Below are positions 1 through 9,991 of a stretch of DNA of 64,000 nt, one piece after another. A model generated the notes under the pieces. The model had not been told where the DNA came from and ran no database searches. It was given only the letters and a program-made list of their open reading frames with translations. The DNA is taken from contig JBCCHT010000021.1 in assembly GCA_039028615.1 (NCBI GenBank), positions 96,001-160,000 of the forward strand, in the 5' to 3' direction. Position numbers and translations under genes: made by a program. Each line of letters starts with the position of its first letter. The first letter of the stretch is position 1. This DNA comes from Myxococcota bacterium. Its GTDB lineage: Bacteria; Myxococcota_A; Polyangia; Nannocystales; Nannocystaceae.

Positions 1-200
1 TCATCCACGATGCCGTCGCCGCATCGAGGTTCGGCCACCATCCCGTCGGACGACGGCTCCTCAGCGCTGCCGTCACCGGTACTGTCGCCCGCGGATCCCT
101 CATCATCATCGACCACGGGGGTGGTCGGGTCGGTGCAACTCGGTGTCGCCGCCATCAGCACCGCGAGCACCGAAATCTTCGACGTAAGCCAGATTTTCAT
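1..200 (-). CDS. Partial lipoprotein with start of a myxobacterial Cys-rich (DUF4215-like) repeat; runs off window edge
   Basis: Manual translation MKIWLTSKISVLAVLMAATPSCTDP...acidic linker...PRCGDGIVD; signal peptide + Cys, CGDGxxD repeat start. Confidence 0.7.
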   Translation of the reverse strand, partial: MKIWLTSKISVLAVLMAATPSCTDPTTPVVDDDEGSAGDSTGDGSAEEPSSDGMVAEPRCGDGIVD

Positions 201-282
201 GTCGAGAGAGTCTTTGCATCGGGTAGTGCCTTTTCTGTCGCGGACGATCACGACCCACGCGGTTTTTTGGCAGTGGGGCCGC

Positions 283-1629
283 CTACCGGGTCGGGACGTC
301 CGCTCCCGCGAAGTCGGGAGTTCCGTCGACGTCTGGCCGAGCGTCGATGTCGATGTCGGTCGTGGGATCGCCGCTGTGCCACACGGCCGTACCCGCGAAG
401 ACCGTCGCCCCCAGCGGCGAGAGCAACAAGTCGTTGGAGGCGTAGTCCACGAACCAGGCCGGGTCCACCTCGCCCACGTTCGTGTTGTCGGGGCCCGCAT
501 CGCCGTCCACTGCGTTGTCGACGATCGTCCCGCTGCAATCGATGGCATCCCCGGCGAGTTCGACCGAACCGACGATCGAGTTCCGAAGGTTGAGCTCGGA
601 GCCCGCCTGGCACTCGATGGCGGGAATCATCCCGCTGCGCGCCACGATGGTCGAGTACCGCACCGTGGCGTTCGATGTGTTGTAGACCCCGATCGGGGAG
701 TAGCCGCTGTCGTCGGCCACCATGGAATTTTGGACGACCAAGAGCGATGACTGATGGGCTTGGATCGCGCCGCCCGTGCTGTCGTTGCCAGTGATTCGCG
801 CCCGTTCGATCCAGGCTCTGGCGTTGATGAGCGTGACGGCGGGGGACGTGTTGGCGCCGTTGTTCGAGACCTCGAGGCCATTGACGATGAGATCGCCCTC
901 CACCACCCGCAGCTGGCTCCCGAGCTGCTCGCTGTAGGTCAGGCGTGGAGGGGTTGCGGCGTCGGGGTCTGCGACGAGGGCGACCGCCTTGCCATCGAAT
1001 ACGGGGCGCTCGTCGTAGTCGCCGGCCGCGACCACGATCGTCCCTCGTCCGAATACGGGAATGCGATCGACCGCCGCGCGGATCGACCCGAAGCTCGGAG
1101 TGCCTTCGCCGCCCACGTACGTGACCTGGTTGAGGCAATGCCCCGTGAAGAAGTTGCACGCCGCGAGGCCCGGGCAGTCGTCGTGGGAGTCGCAGCCGTA
1201 GCAGGAGCCCGTCTCGAGGTTGCAGCCCGCGGCGTCTTCCAGCTGACACGACGCATCCCCATCCTCGACGAGATCGCAGCCCCCACACTGCCCATCGACA
1301 CAGAACGGGTTCGCGGCCGTGCAGTCCTGGCTCCGACCCGAGGGGCTGGTGGGTGTGCAGGCGTCACCGTTTCCCCCGTCGGAGCCGGGGTCGGTGCCCT
1401 CGGTCGCGTCGCCGGTCGAGTCGACGCCATCGCCATCACTGGCCTCCGATGCGGTGTCAGTCGCGTCGCCGGTCGACCCCGTGGGGTTGGTGTCCGAGCT
1501 TCCCGTGGCAGCGTTGGGCATGCAGCCACCCGGCAGCACGACGAGCGAGCATGCGGCGAGCGCGAGCGCGAGTAGAGTCGGTCGTGCGGGGGCAAAGATG
1601 GGGTGCTGAGGTCTTCTGGGCTCGATCAT
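283..1629 (-). CDS. Lipoprotein with Cys-rich region and right-handed beta-helix (pectin-lyase-like) domain
   Basis: LPGGC lipobox-like motif, T/G/S/D linker, Cys-rich segment, 'SIRAAVD...TIVVAAGDYDE' beta-helix cap and N-ladder repeats; start uncertain. Confidence 0.7.
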   Translation of the reverse strand: MIEPRRPQHPIFAPARPTLLALALAACSLVVLPGGCMPNAATGSSDTNPTGSTGDATDTASEASDGDGVDSTGDATEGTDPGSDGGNGDACTPTSPSGRSQDCTAANPFCVDGQCGGCDLVEDGDASCQLEDAAGCNLETGSCYGCDSHDDCPGLAACNFFTGHCLNQVTYVGGEGTPSFGSIRAAVDRIPVFGRGTIVVAAGDYDERPVFDGKAVALVADPDAATPPRLTYSEQLGSQLRVVEGDLIVNGLEVSNNGANTSPAVTLINARAWIERARITGNDSTGGAIQAHQSSLLVVQNSMVADDSGYSPIGVYNTSNATVRYSTIVARSGMIPAIECQAGSELNLRNSIVGSVELAGDAIDCSGTIVDNAVDGDAGPDNTNVGEVDPAWFVDYASNDLLLSPLGATVFAGTAVWHSGDPTTDIDIDARPDVDGTPDFAGADVPTR

Positions 1630-1844
1630 GATGGTTCTGAGTCCGGTGGGGGCCCGGACCGCTCGCCGTAGCTGCGCGGGCTCGCGCCCGATCTGGCAGA
1701 CCCTCTCGGTGCCGGATGTGACCGGCAATCGGCCGAAAAATCGAAACGACGGAGCCGATGGGGGTCTCGCCTACGTCGTTCGCGCATTCAAAGAACCGTG
1801 AATGGAACCGGTGGAGGTCGGAGTTTTCTTAGGCGGTCCGCTCC

Positions 1845-2954
1845 TTGGGTCTGGCCCTGGTCCCCGCTGTGATGATCTCCGCCGGTTGTGATCTCGCCGA
1901 GAAGGACCAGGCCGATGCGGTCGTCGAGGTCCCCGAGGTCCGTGACGCCGTCGCGATCGACGAGCTGTGCGAGCTGGCGACCGAGCTGCGCTGTGCCGGT
2001 TCGGAGCTGTGCTGCTCCGAGTCCCCCTACGCCGACGTCGACGAGTGCATCGCGGAGTCATCCTGCGAGGACGTCCTGGGGGCCATTGCCGACAGCGACC
2101 TGGTGGCCGACGGCACGCTCGTCTACGACGCAGAGGCGGCCGCTTCGATGCTGCAGGACCTCTCCGACGCCACGGCCGAGTGCGGCGTCGAGTCTGCGGC
2201 CCCCGAGTTCGGCACGCTGTTCGTCGGTCATCGGCAAGACGGCGACGACTGCTCTCCCACCGATGACAGCGGCGCTCATCTGCTGTCGTGCGCTCCCGGG
2301 CTTGCCTGCGCGATTCAGGAGCACGACGGCGTGCAGACCCACCGTTGTCAGCCCGCCGCCGCCCTGACCACGACCGAGGGCGGCGTGGTCGAGCCCGAGT
2401 CTTCGTTCGACCTCACCGCGGACGCCCTGTACTGCGATGCGCCATCCGAGGCGGACGACGAGCCCCAGTTCCGCTCCGCGGGGGTCCCCGTGGCCATCGC
2501 CATCAAGACCCACGGCGTCCAGTACGCGGGCACCAGCGCGCCGATCACCGTCCACTTCGTCCGGGGGGGCACCAATGTCTACTACTCGTGCGAATTTCCC
2601 AACGGAGTGGGCCGGGACGCCGTCCAGTCCTGCCAGATCTCGTCGGTCATGGGGGCCAGCAGCAACTCCAGCTCGGATCGATTCTTCATCGAGAACCCCA
2701 GCGGCGACGGCATCGCAATCGACTCGGTCGTCGCCTGCATGTCCAACAGCGGTGCGCCGCCGTGTAGCTCGGTCAAGGTGGCCGCGCGGTTCGACAACGG
2801 CAACACGAACATGCTCAGGGACGTCATCCCCGGGGGCTTCGGCTGGTGGGACGACGCCTACGAGTACTTCTGGGTCGACGGTGACAACAGCGGCAACTGC
2901 AACATGGCCTTGGTCGACCACTCCAACGACAACACCGTCACTTGCGTAGGCTGA
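1845..2954 (+). CDS. Cys-rich lipoprotein with C-terminal PLAT/LH2-like domain
   Basis: ISAGC lipobox; multiple Cys; 'IAIKTHGVQYAGTSAPITVHF' resembles the PLAT N-terminal T-x5-AGT motif. Confidence 0.6.
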   Translation: MGLALVPAVMISAGCDLAEKDQADAVVEVPEVRDAVAIDELCELATELRCAGSELCCSESPYADVDECIAESSCEDVLGAIADSDLVADGTLVYDAEAAASMLQDLSDATAECGVESAAPEFGTLFVGHRQDGDDCSPTDDSGAHLLSCAPGLACAIQEHDGVQTHRCQPAAALTTTEGGVVEPESSFDLTADALYCDAPSEADDEPQFRSAGVPVAIAIKTHGVQYAGTSAPITVHFVRGGTNVYYSCEFPNGVGRDAVQSCQISSVMGASSNSSSDRFFIENPSGDGIAIDSVVACMSNSGAPPCSSVKVAARFDNGNTNMLRDVIPGGFGWWDDAYEYFWVDGDNSGNCNMALVDHSNDNTVTCVG

Positions 2955-2958
2955 CACC

Positions 2959-3120
2959 ATGCTTCGCTCGTCCTTTCTCGCTCTCATCGCAGTATCGGCC
3001 GCGGGCCTGACCGCCTGGGACGTCGAGCAAGGCCACGATCTGCGCGGCGACGACATCATTGCCGACTTCGTGGGGGGCTGCGCCGATTTCTTCGAGCACT
3101 TCGCTGAGGGGGGCGGGTGA
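2959..3120 (+). CDS. Small 53-aa ORF with signal-peptide-like N-terminus
   Basis: MLRSSFLALIAVSAAGLTAWDVEQGHDLRGDDIIADFVGGCADFFEHFAEGGG*; 4 bp after previous stop; below ORF-track cutoff. Confidence 0.45.
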   Translation: MLRSSFLALIAVSAAGLTAWDVEQGHDLRGDDIIADFVGGCADFFEHFAEGGG

Positions 3121-3207
3121 ATGCTCGCGCTGGGCCGAAGCCGAATCCCGCGGGTTTGTGACGACTCCGAGCGACTCTCGGGGACCGCGGGGGCATAATG
3201 AAGCCCG

Positions 3208-3876
3208 ATGCCTCGCCGCCTCCCGGAACTTTGCGCTGCGCTCGCGGGCTCGATCGCGGCGGCATGCGGCCCGTCGATATCGCTCGACGAGGACGGCACG
3301 GGCACCGGGGGAAGGCAGGGATCCACGTCCACGCCGCCCGTGACCGCCGAGGGGGCTGATACCTCCGACGGTGGCTCGGGGACGGACCTGCCGCCCCAGC
3401 TCTGTGAACCCGACGCGACGGTCTGCGACGGCTCGGAGTACGGCACGTGGCGACTGTCGAGCGTGGACACGCAGGTCGTCGCCCATCTCTACCTGTGGCC
3501 CTCCGACTTGCCGGGGCAGCGGGAGTTCGTGTCGCGATGGTTCATCGAAGACGAGGAGATCGACTACTGCAGTCGCAATGGTCGCTACCTGGGGTTGGGC
3601 GATCTCGACGACACGTTCGTCCTCCAGACCGACGGCATGGGGGGAACCAATCTCGAGCAGTGTGGCGGTTCCCCGGGGGCGCACAACCTGAACCTCGAGT
3701 TCTCCCGTTTGCCCGATTGCGAGGGCGAAGTGCTCGTGTTGACGGCGACGGACTCGAATGGAGCGTCGCTGTACACGTTCGAAGGGCACGCCGTGCACTG
3801 CGGCTGCGAGACGGACTACGACCCGTATTCCGGCAGTGGCGAGCAGATCCCCACCGACGGTTGCCTGAGCCCCTGA
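3208..3876 (+). CDS. Hypothetical lipoprotein
   Basis: IAAAC lipobox, T/G linker, Cys-containing domain. Confidence 0.7.
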   Translation: MPRRLPELCAALAGSIAAACGPSISLDEDGTGTGGRQGSTSTPPVTAEGADTSDGGSGTDLPPQLCEPDATVCDGSEYGTWRLSSVDTQVVAHLYLWPSDLPGQREFVSRWFIEDEEIDYCSRNGRYLGLGDLDDTFVLQTDGMGGTNLEQCGGSPGAHNLNLEFSRLPDCEGEVLVLTATDSNGASLYTFEGHAVHCGCETDYDPYSGSGEQIPTDGCLSP

Positions 3877-3903
3877 CCGAGGCGGCACGAGCCGGAGGGC
3901 AAT

Positions 3904-4944
3904 CTAGTCTCCGCACGTCACGGCGGAGAGCAGCTCGTACGAGAACCCGGAGCCCATCCAGATCTCCCCGAACTCGAACTCCGGCTGCTGTGTCGCCAAC
4001 GCAACTGCGAGCCCGTGCTCGGGGAGGATGAAGTTGCGGGCCTGGTACGCCCCGATGGCTCCGCGCCGTTCGATGATCCGAACCGGCTCGTTGCACCCCT
4101 GCAGCTTCGCCTCGAATGACCACTGTCCCAACGCCATGAAGCCGAGTCGTGGCTGCCCACGCCACAGCTCATCCCTCGCCTCGGCGCTCACCAGTCGGCC
4201 CTCGACCAGCGCGGCGTCGAAGCGGAGCATGTCTCGCAGCGGGCCGACGATCGCCCCGGAAGCTCCGTAGCGCCCGAGCCGTGCGTGGCCGTCGATGTCC
4301 GAGGATCCGGGAGCATCGCCGATGAAACTCGTGGACTGGAGCGCGGCCGGTTTTGCGATGGTCTCGGTAAATAGGGTCGAGAGGTCACGACCCGTAGCCC
4401 GCTCGAGAAGCTCTCCGAGGACGACGTAGTCGCAGTTGTTGTAGGCCCACTCTTCCGCAGCGGGAGCCGTGCGTTCCTTCAAGCACCAACCGAGTCCCGT
4501 CGGGCCATCGGTGTAATACGACGGAATCCCGTCGGCATCGGGAGGGCTGTCGTCGGGGTCGCGTAGGCCCGACTGGTGCTGGAGGAGCTGGCGTACGGTG
4601 GGGGCAGGGGGGACGCCCCCGAGCTCGTCGATGTGGTCCGAGGCCGGGGCATCGAGCTGGAGGCGGCCCGCTTCGACCTGTTGCATCACCATGGTCGCGA
4701 TGACCTGCTTGGTGACCGACGCCCACGGCCACATGCGCTCGGGCTCGGCCTCCTGCAGCACTTCGAACGTTGCCGGCCCACGGAGGAGCACGATGTCTCC
4801 CTCGAATTCGGTGCTCCAGCGCGGTGCTTCGGAAGCTGACGCCGAACTCTCGGCGGGTGGCGTCGCGGTGGAGGGCTCGACGAGCCGCGGAGCGCAGGCG
4901 GGACCGGCGAACAGCAGGAGACAGAGCCCGTACGGCCTGGACAT
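3904..4944 (-). CDS. Serine hydrolase, beta-lactamase class C/AmpC-like family lipoprotein
   Basis: SxxK (ASVTK), LLQHQSG, YxN (YNN) motifs; GPAC lipobox-like. Confidence 0.85.
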   Translation of the reverse strand: MSRPYGLCLLLFAGPACAPRLVEPSTATPPAESSASASEAPRWSTEFEGDIVLLRGPATFEVLQEAEPERMWPWASVTKQVIATMVMQQVEAGRLQLDAPASDHIDELGGVPPAPTVRQLLQHQSGLRDPDDSPPDADGIPSYYTDGPTGLGWCLKERTAPAAEEWAYNNCDYVVLGELLERATGRDLSTLFTETIAKPAALQSTSFIGDAPGSSDIDGHARLGRYGASGAIVGPLRDMLRFDAALVEGRLVSAEARDELWRGQPRLGFMALGQWSFEAKLQGCNEPVRIIERRGAIGAYQARNFILPEHGLAVALATQQPEFEFGEIWMGSGFSYELLSAVTCGD

Positions 4945-5139
4945 CGGGCTAGAGGATAAACCCACGAACGGCCGAGCACGACGGTTGCCGCGACGCATCG
5001 TGCACCTCCTCGGGCGGCTCACTCGGCCTGGCTCGGCGTGCACGACGAAGAGTGTTCGACGCGACGAGGCCGAGTCGCACAGACGCCCGCGACGGCCGTC
5101 TCGGGCCGGTCGCGGGCGTTGTCGGGTCCGAAGGGGCGA

Positions 5140-5478
5140 TCAGTCCAGGTCGTCGTGGTGGGTGACGCCACAGTCCCACTCATCGCCGGTGTTCGCGTTT
5201 TTCTCGCAAGACACCAGCCAGTCGCCGATCCAGCAGCCGACGTTGCCGGGGTAGTCCCAGCAGCTGAACTCCGCGTAGTCGTCCGCCGCCAGCCGATCGA
5301 AGGTGGCCTGGCTTCCCGTCACATGGACGTAGGCGCCCTCGATCGCGGCGGCTTCGTAGCGATCGAAGTCGGTGAATTCGACATTGCTCTTGGGGACCTC
5401 GGTCCCCGACTTGTCGGCGGCTGGCTCCGGCGAGAGCAACGATAGACCGGCCAGCAGATGAACGATGAGCAGATTCAT
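5140..5478 (-). CDS. Small secreted protein with four Cys
   Basis: MNLLIVHLLAGLSLL signal peptide; GC3-biased codons. Confidence 0.65.
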   Translation of the reverse strand: MNLLIVHLLAGLSLLSPEPAADKSGTEVPKSNVEFTDFDRYEAAAIEGAYVHVTGSQATFDRLAADDYAEFSCWDYPGNVGCWIGDWLVSCEKNANTGDEWDCGVTHHDDLD

Positions 5479-5617
5479 GATTCGGTTTCTTTCTCGGGAG
5501 GAACCTCTCGATTTGGGCTCCTGCCCTCGAAGACGCCCGACCCCCGCCCCCGGATCACGAAGACCGAAAAAAACCGGCGCGCGAACTTCGATGAGCGATT
5601 TCACCGCTCGCGGGGCG

Positions 5618-5999
5618 TCAGCCTGCGATGAACGTACAAGTGTAGGGCTGGGCCGAGTCGGGCGCGCTGGCGCGGGAGCCGGCGACGAGCTCGGTGCCCT
5701 CGAAGACGATCTCGAGGAGTCCGACCACCGAGCCGACGCGATGGACGAATCGACTGCCATCGCAGCTCATGCTGTCGCCGAACTGAGGGCTGTACTCGGC
5801 CGTCGAGGTGAGCACGGTGTCGCTGTCGAACCTCACCATGCCGTTGGTGTCCAGGCTGACCTCGTAGGCGCTGCCCGGGGTGAACGGCGCGTTCTCGGCT
5901 CCCTCCGAGGCTGTCTCGGAGGGCTGCGAACGTCGCCACCCTAACCGTCGATCACACCCGAGAGGCCCAATCAAGTAGTGCTAGACGTCGACTTCGCAT
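5618..5999 (-). pseudogene. Hypothetical protein, possibly frameshifted lipoprotein
   Basis: ATG at 5999 gives MRSRRLALL then stops; the adjacent frame continues LIGPLGC... into the 5618-5974 ORF. Confidence 0.35.
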
Positions 6000-6128
6000 G
6001 CCGCCAGTCTCACGCCTCCGCTCAGCGCCTCGCGACGCGCTCGGCGTGACCTAGGAGTGAGCGATCGGATACGGCGGCTGCGGTGTTCAATGAACATGTC
6101 GAGCGAACCAACGTCGCCGGGCATTCGT

Positions 6129-7199
6129 TCATCGCGAACGATAGGGGTCGAAGCGCTCCGTGCTCTGACGACGTTTGTTCATGGCCAGCAGCTCGGCCTC
6201 GGTGTAGCGCTCGTCGCTGTGCTCGGGGATCAAGGTGACGATGAACTCGATGATCTGGGCGCGTGCTCGCGTGCCAGCGTTCGCGCGGAGCTCATCGATC
6301 TGAGAGCGTGCGCCGTCACTGAAGTCGCCGAGGTCGACCGCGATGGTCTCTTCGCATTCGTCCCAGCGTTCGAAAATGAGAATACGACGACGGTGGGGCG
6401 GTCGATGGCTCCGCCAGATGGCGAGGAGGTCTTGCTGCAGCGCGGCGAGCTGACGGGAGATATTGGCGCGGGCAAAGGAGGTGGCTCGCTTCAGGCGCAT
6501 GTCCCAGGTCTTGGCCAGCAGGTCCTTCTTCTGATTCAGCCAACACGGTCCTCGACGACAGGGAGTGAGCGGAGGATCGCTGAAGTGCACGCGGCCGTCT
6601 GGGAGCAGCTCCGCGGTCCAGGCCGCCTTCGGGTTGGGGTTGCGATAGATCCATCGCCCGCCTTTGGCCCGCCGAAAGCCGGCGTCTTGGGGAGTCCGAA
6701 TGACCCCGTCGTCGCGGGGGGATGGACGCGGAGTCGGGGTGCGGAACGAGGGGCTCAGTCGGGGGCTCGTTCGTCCGGCATCCGACCGCGAGTGGCCGCG
6801 CAGCGCCAGCGACACACCAGGTGCTTCGGGACCGCCCGAGGCCTGCTCCGCCGTCGATGCTTCGGTGGGGGCGGGCGTCGGTCCGGGCTCGACGCTCACC
6901 TCCGAGCGAGGCCCCGACGCACGGCGGCGAGTGTTTCGAGGTCGCCTCCGCGTCGCGACCCTGGTCTCCGAGGCCTCTCCGCCCTCGGGGGCCGTCGATT
7001 CGGTGGCCGCGGCCTCGACGACCTCCGGCGTGGGAACCCGAGGCATGGTGATGAGTTCGATGGCGGTATGGCGCGGCTGGTACCGAGTCGGTGGTGGCGT
7101 CTCGGGTATCGCCCACAGCCCGAGGAACACCGCGCCATGCAGTGCGACCGAAACGAGCAATGTGCGGCGAGTGGCCACAGGACGACCATGGTGCCTCAC
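6129..7199 (-). CDS. Membrane-anchored hypothetical protein with TonB-like N-terminal anchor and Pro-rich linker
   Basis: TM 'LLVSVALHGAVFLGLW' (SxxxH motif as in TonB/TolA anchors), Pro/Glu-rich linker, helical C-terminus; start uncertain. Confidence 0.6.
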   Translation of the reverse strand: MRHHGRPVATRRTLLVSVALHGAVFLGLWAIPETPPPTRYQPRHTAIELITMPRVPTPEVVEAAATESTAPEGGEASETRVATRRRPRNTRRRASGPRSEVSVEPGPTPAPTEASTAEQASGGPEAPGVSLALRGHSRSDAGRTSPRLSPSFRTPTPRPSPRDDGVIRTPQDAGFRRAKGGRWIYRNPNPKAAWTAELLPDGRVHFSDPPLTPCRRGPCWLNQKKDLLAKTWDMRLKRATSFARANISRQLAALQQDLLAIWRSHRPPHRRRILIFERWDECEETIAVDLGDFSDGARSQIDELRANAGTRARAQIIEFIVTLIPEHSDERYTEAELLAMNKRRQSTERFDPYRSR

Positions 7200-7342
7200 G
7201 CGGTGCCGCTGCGTGCAGCCCGGTGGTACGGACACACCGTCGTCCGTTGGAGCCCCCGTCTGCGGGGGTCGATGCCCTCGACTCGGCGGGCGTCAATCGA
7301 GCCGTGCCGGGTCGATGAGGCGGGCAGATCGCCTCCTCGGGC

Positions 7343-7921
7343 TCAGTCGCAAACCGGCGCGGCTCGGGGACCCAAGTCGGCCCATTGGAGAGCACCGTCG
7401 GGATTGCCCCAGCGCTCGTTGGTGTAGGACTCGAGGTCGACGAGAGCATCGGCACCACCCTGATTCGCCGAGCAGCATCCGTTGCAGTCCTGGTCGCTGC
7501 AGGTGTCGATGACGTTGACGATCATGACCTCGTCGGCGGTGCGGATGCAGATCTCGTGGTGGGCGAGGTTTCCGTAGAGGGGATAGACGGCGGCGATGTT
7601 GGTGTCCGCCACCCATGCCTCGGGTCGCTGGTCGCCGCACCCGGCGAACAGGCCCGCCCACTGACAGCCGTTGTACACCTCGCACTCGACGCTGCCCGGT
7701 TCGGGGTAGGAGATGTAGTGGGTCTTGTGGCCCGTGTTCCATTCGAGGTCCGCGGCACCGCAACGCTCGAGAGCGTCCGCGCTGTTGACCCCGAGCTCGT
7801 CGGACGTGGCTGGTTCGTCGGGGAGGCCCGGCTCGGCCGAGGACTGCCCCACGTCGCACGCCGAGGCACCGAGTCCGACGAGCGCCAAAAACCACGACAG
7901 CTGGAGACTCGGCGCAGGCAT
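7343..7921 (-). CDS. Cys-rich lipoprotein, possibly RlpA/expansin-like double-psi beta-barrel
   Basis: GASAC lipobox; 'IAAV...VNVIDTC...CC...VDL' pattern resembles DPBB. Confidence 0.55.
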   Translation of the reverse strand: MPAPSLQLSWFLALVGLGASACDVGQSSAEPGLPDEPATSDELGVNSADALERCGAADLEWNTGHKTHYISYPEPGSVECEVYNGCQWAGLFAGCGDQRPEAWVADTNIAAVYPLYGNLAHHEICIRTADEVMIVNVIDTCSDQDCNGCCSANQGGADALVDLESYTNERWGNPDGALQWADLGPRAAPVCD

Positions 7922-8130
7922 CACCATTTCATACATATCCGGCGGCGGACCGCGGGTGGCGGATATTCTTCGATTGGTGGATGGTTTGTGTTGTTGGGTG
8001 GCCTGGCGACCCGGACGCCTGATCCACCGCGCGCCGCCTGATCGGCGTATCCACTAGTAATCTCGGTGGCTTAGGTCGCATCGCGCTCGCGCCGTGCGCA
8101 CGACGAGGCACACGGCGGTCGGCTTGCTGC

Positions 8131-8844
8131 TCACAGACACTCTTTGTCGAGGCAGCAGCCCCAGCTGTCGTCCTGCACCGACGACACGATGCCCGTCGCG
8201 TCGAATTCGATCTGGGATCCATCGTCGGCGGTCATGCGGGCGTTCAGGGTCATGGTGGCGCCGTCGAGCACGGTGAGGTCTGCGATTTCGTCCGGGGGAA
8301 ACACGATGATGCGGTTGTTGACCGAGAGGCCGCCGTCGTTCTCCTCGCAGCCCACGTAGACCGGGTAGGCGGGGTTGTCGAAGAAGTGCCCGCCGGGCCC
8401 GACGTTGAAGCCCTCGACGTCGAGGGTGAGCCCGAAGTTCACTTCTTCGCCGGCTGGGTTCACGCCACCGACGTCGACCCGAAAGTCGATCATGAACGAA
8501 CCCTGACCGCCGCAGACGAGGCGCAAGGTCGCGTCGGCAGGGGGTAGGTCGCTGCCTCCGTGACGCAGCACGAAGAACGGCGTCTCGCTGTCTTCCACGC
8601 CGCACAGCTCGGGGCCGCCCGTGGTCGCGGAGGGAGGCTCGCTCCCGGTGGAGTCGTCGGCCCCGCTCGTCGACGCTGCGCTGGTCGGGGTCGGTGAGCC
8701 CGTGTCCTCCGAGTCGGAGGTCGTGGCTTGCCCCGTGTCGGTGGCGGCCGGGCTTCCGCTCGCCGTGCTCCCGTCGTCTCCACAGCCGAAGCTCAGCGCC
8801 GCGAGGAGCACGACCCCGGAGCGTAGTGGGCTTGCTATCGTCAT
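8131..8844 (-). CDS. Hypothetical lipoprotein
   Basis: LSFGC lipobox, S/T/G linker. Confidence 0.7.
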   Translation of the reverse strand: MTIASPLRSGVVLLAALSFGCGDDGSTASGSPAATDTGQATTSDSEDTGSPTPTSAASTSGADDSTGSEPPSATTGGPELCGVEDSETPFFVLRHGGSDLPPADATLRLVCGGQGSFMIDFRVDVGGVNPAGEEVNFGLTLDVEGFNVGPGGHFFDNPAYPVYVGCEENDGGLSVNNRIIVFPPDEIADLTVLDGATMTLNARMTADDGSQIEFDATGIVSSVQDDSWGCCLDKECL

Positions 8845-8863
8845 CGTCCTAGTAGGCCAAGTC

Positions 8864-9982
8864 ATGCATCTACGCTGCCGTGTGCGGAACAATCTCGCAA
8901 GTGCTCACTTCACGTGGGCTTACCCGATGCTGCTCGTCGGGTGCGTCGCTTGCGGGGATTCGAGCTCGTCCACGCCGACCCCGGACACGGTGACCGGCTC
9001 GACCACGGTGGCCAGCGGAACGACCGTCGGTGAACCCGAGACCGCCGTATCGCTCGACGACACCTCCAGCGCAGACCGCGGATGGGTCGAGGAGCCGGGC
9101 ATCGACGGCGCCTGGGGGGCGTTCTACTCGGTGTGGGGTCCAACCCCCGACGACCTGTGGATCGCGGGCGGACGCGTCTTCGACGATGGGACCTCCGAAG
9201 GAGTGCTCGTCCACGGCGACGGGTCGACATGGGCGCGCGAAAAGCTCGACCCCTCGACGCCCGTCCTGAGCTGGATCGGCCCCGCGGGCGACGACGTGTG
9301 GGTGGTGGGAGCGGACGGCACCTGCCTGCGGCGAGAAGGCGGAGACTGGGTGCGGCACGAGACCGACGACCCGCGGCGGCTGTGGGGGGTGTGGGGCGCG
9401 GCCGAGGACGACGTGTGGGCGGTGGGAGGCAACGGCATCGACGACGTCCCGGCGCTTCTCCACTTCGACGGCGCGCAGTGGTCCGAACAGGCGCTACCCG
9501 AGCTCGACGGCAACGCCTTGTTCAAGGTGTGGGGCCGAAGGGGCGATGACGTGTGGGTCGTCGGCGATGGCGGGATCGTGCTGCACTACGACGGCGATGC
9601 CTGGACATCGATTGCCAACGAGTCGGTCGCCGATCTCATCGGTGTCCATGGATCCGGGGAGGTGCTGCTCACCGTGGGCGGGCGAGCCAATGGCCGCGTC
9701 GCCCAGCTGACCGCGGCCGGAGCCGAGGGCGAGACCCTGGTTGTCCCCGGCCTCGCGGGGGTTTGGGTCGACTCAGCCGGCCGCGCGACGGTGGCCGGAG
9801 ACCTGGGAACGCTGGGGACCCTCGAGCCGGGCGCCTCCACCATCGAGCTTTACGAGACCAACACGATCCTGCTGTTCCACGCCGTGCATGGCTTCGATGG
9901 CGGGCCGCGATGGGCTGTGGGCGGAGACCTCGTCGACGCGGCTCCGTCCTTCGGAATCGTGCTACGTCACGACTCTCCTTGA
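8864..9982 (+). CDS. Beta-propeller repeat lipoprotein
   Basis: CVAC lipobox; repeated 'VWG...DDVW(A/V)VG...HFDG..W' units; start uncertain (8864 or 8927). Confidence 0.75.
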   Translation: MHLRCRVRNNLASAHFTWAYPMLLVGCVACGDSSSSTPTPDTVTGSTTVASGTTVGEPETAVSLDDTSSADRGWVEEPGIDGAWGAFYSVWGPTPDDLWIAGGRVFDDGTSEGVLVHGDGSTWAREKLDPSTPVLSWIGPAGDDVWVVGADGTCLRREGGDWVRHETDDPRRLWGVWGAAEDDVWAVGGNGIDDVPALLHFDGAQWSEQALPELDGNALFKVWGRRGDDVWVVGDGGIVLHYDGDAWTSIANESVADLIGVHGSGEVLLTVGGRANGRVAQLTAAGAEGETLVVPGLAGVWVDSAGRATVAGDLGTLGTLEPGASTIELYETNTILLFHAVHGFDGGPRWAVGGDLVDAAPSFGIVLRHDSP

Positions 9983-9991
9983 GAGACGGGG

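Noticed and set aside
6046..6055. Half-site GTGACCTA matching the TetR operator
   Set aside because: Only one half-site and far from the regulator; likely chance.
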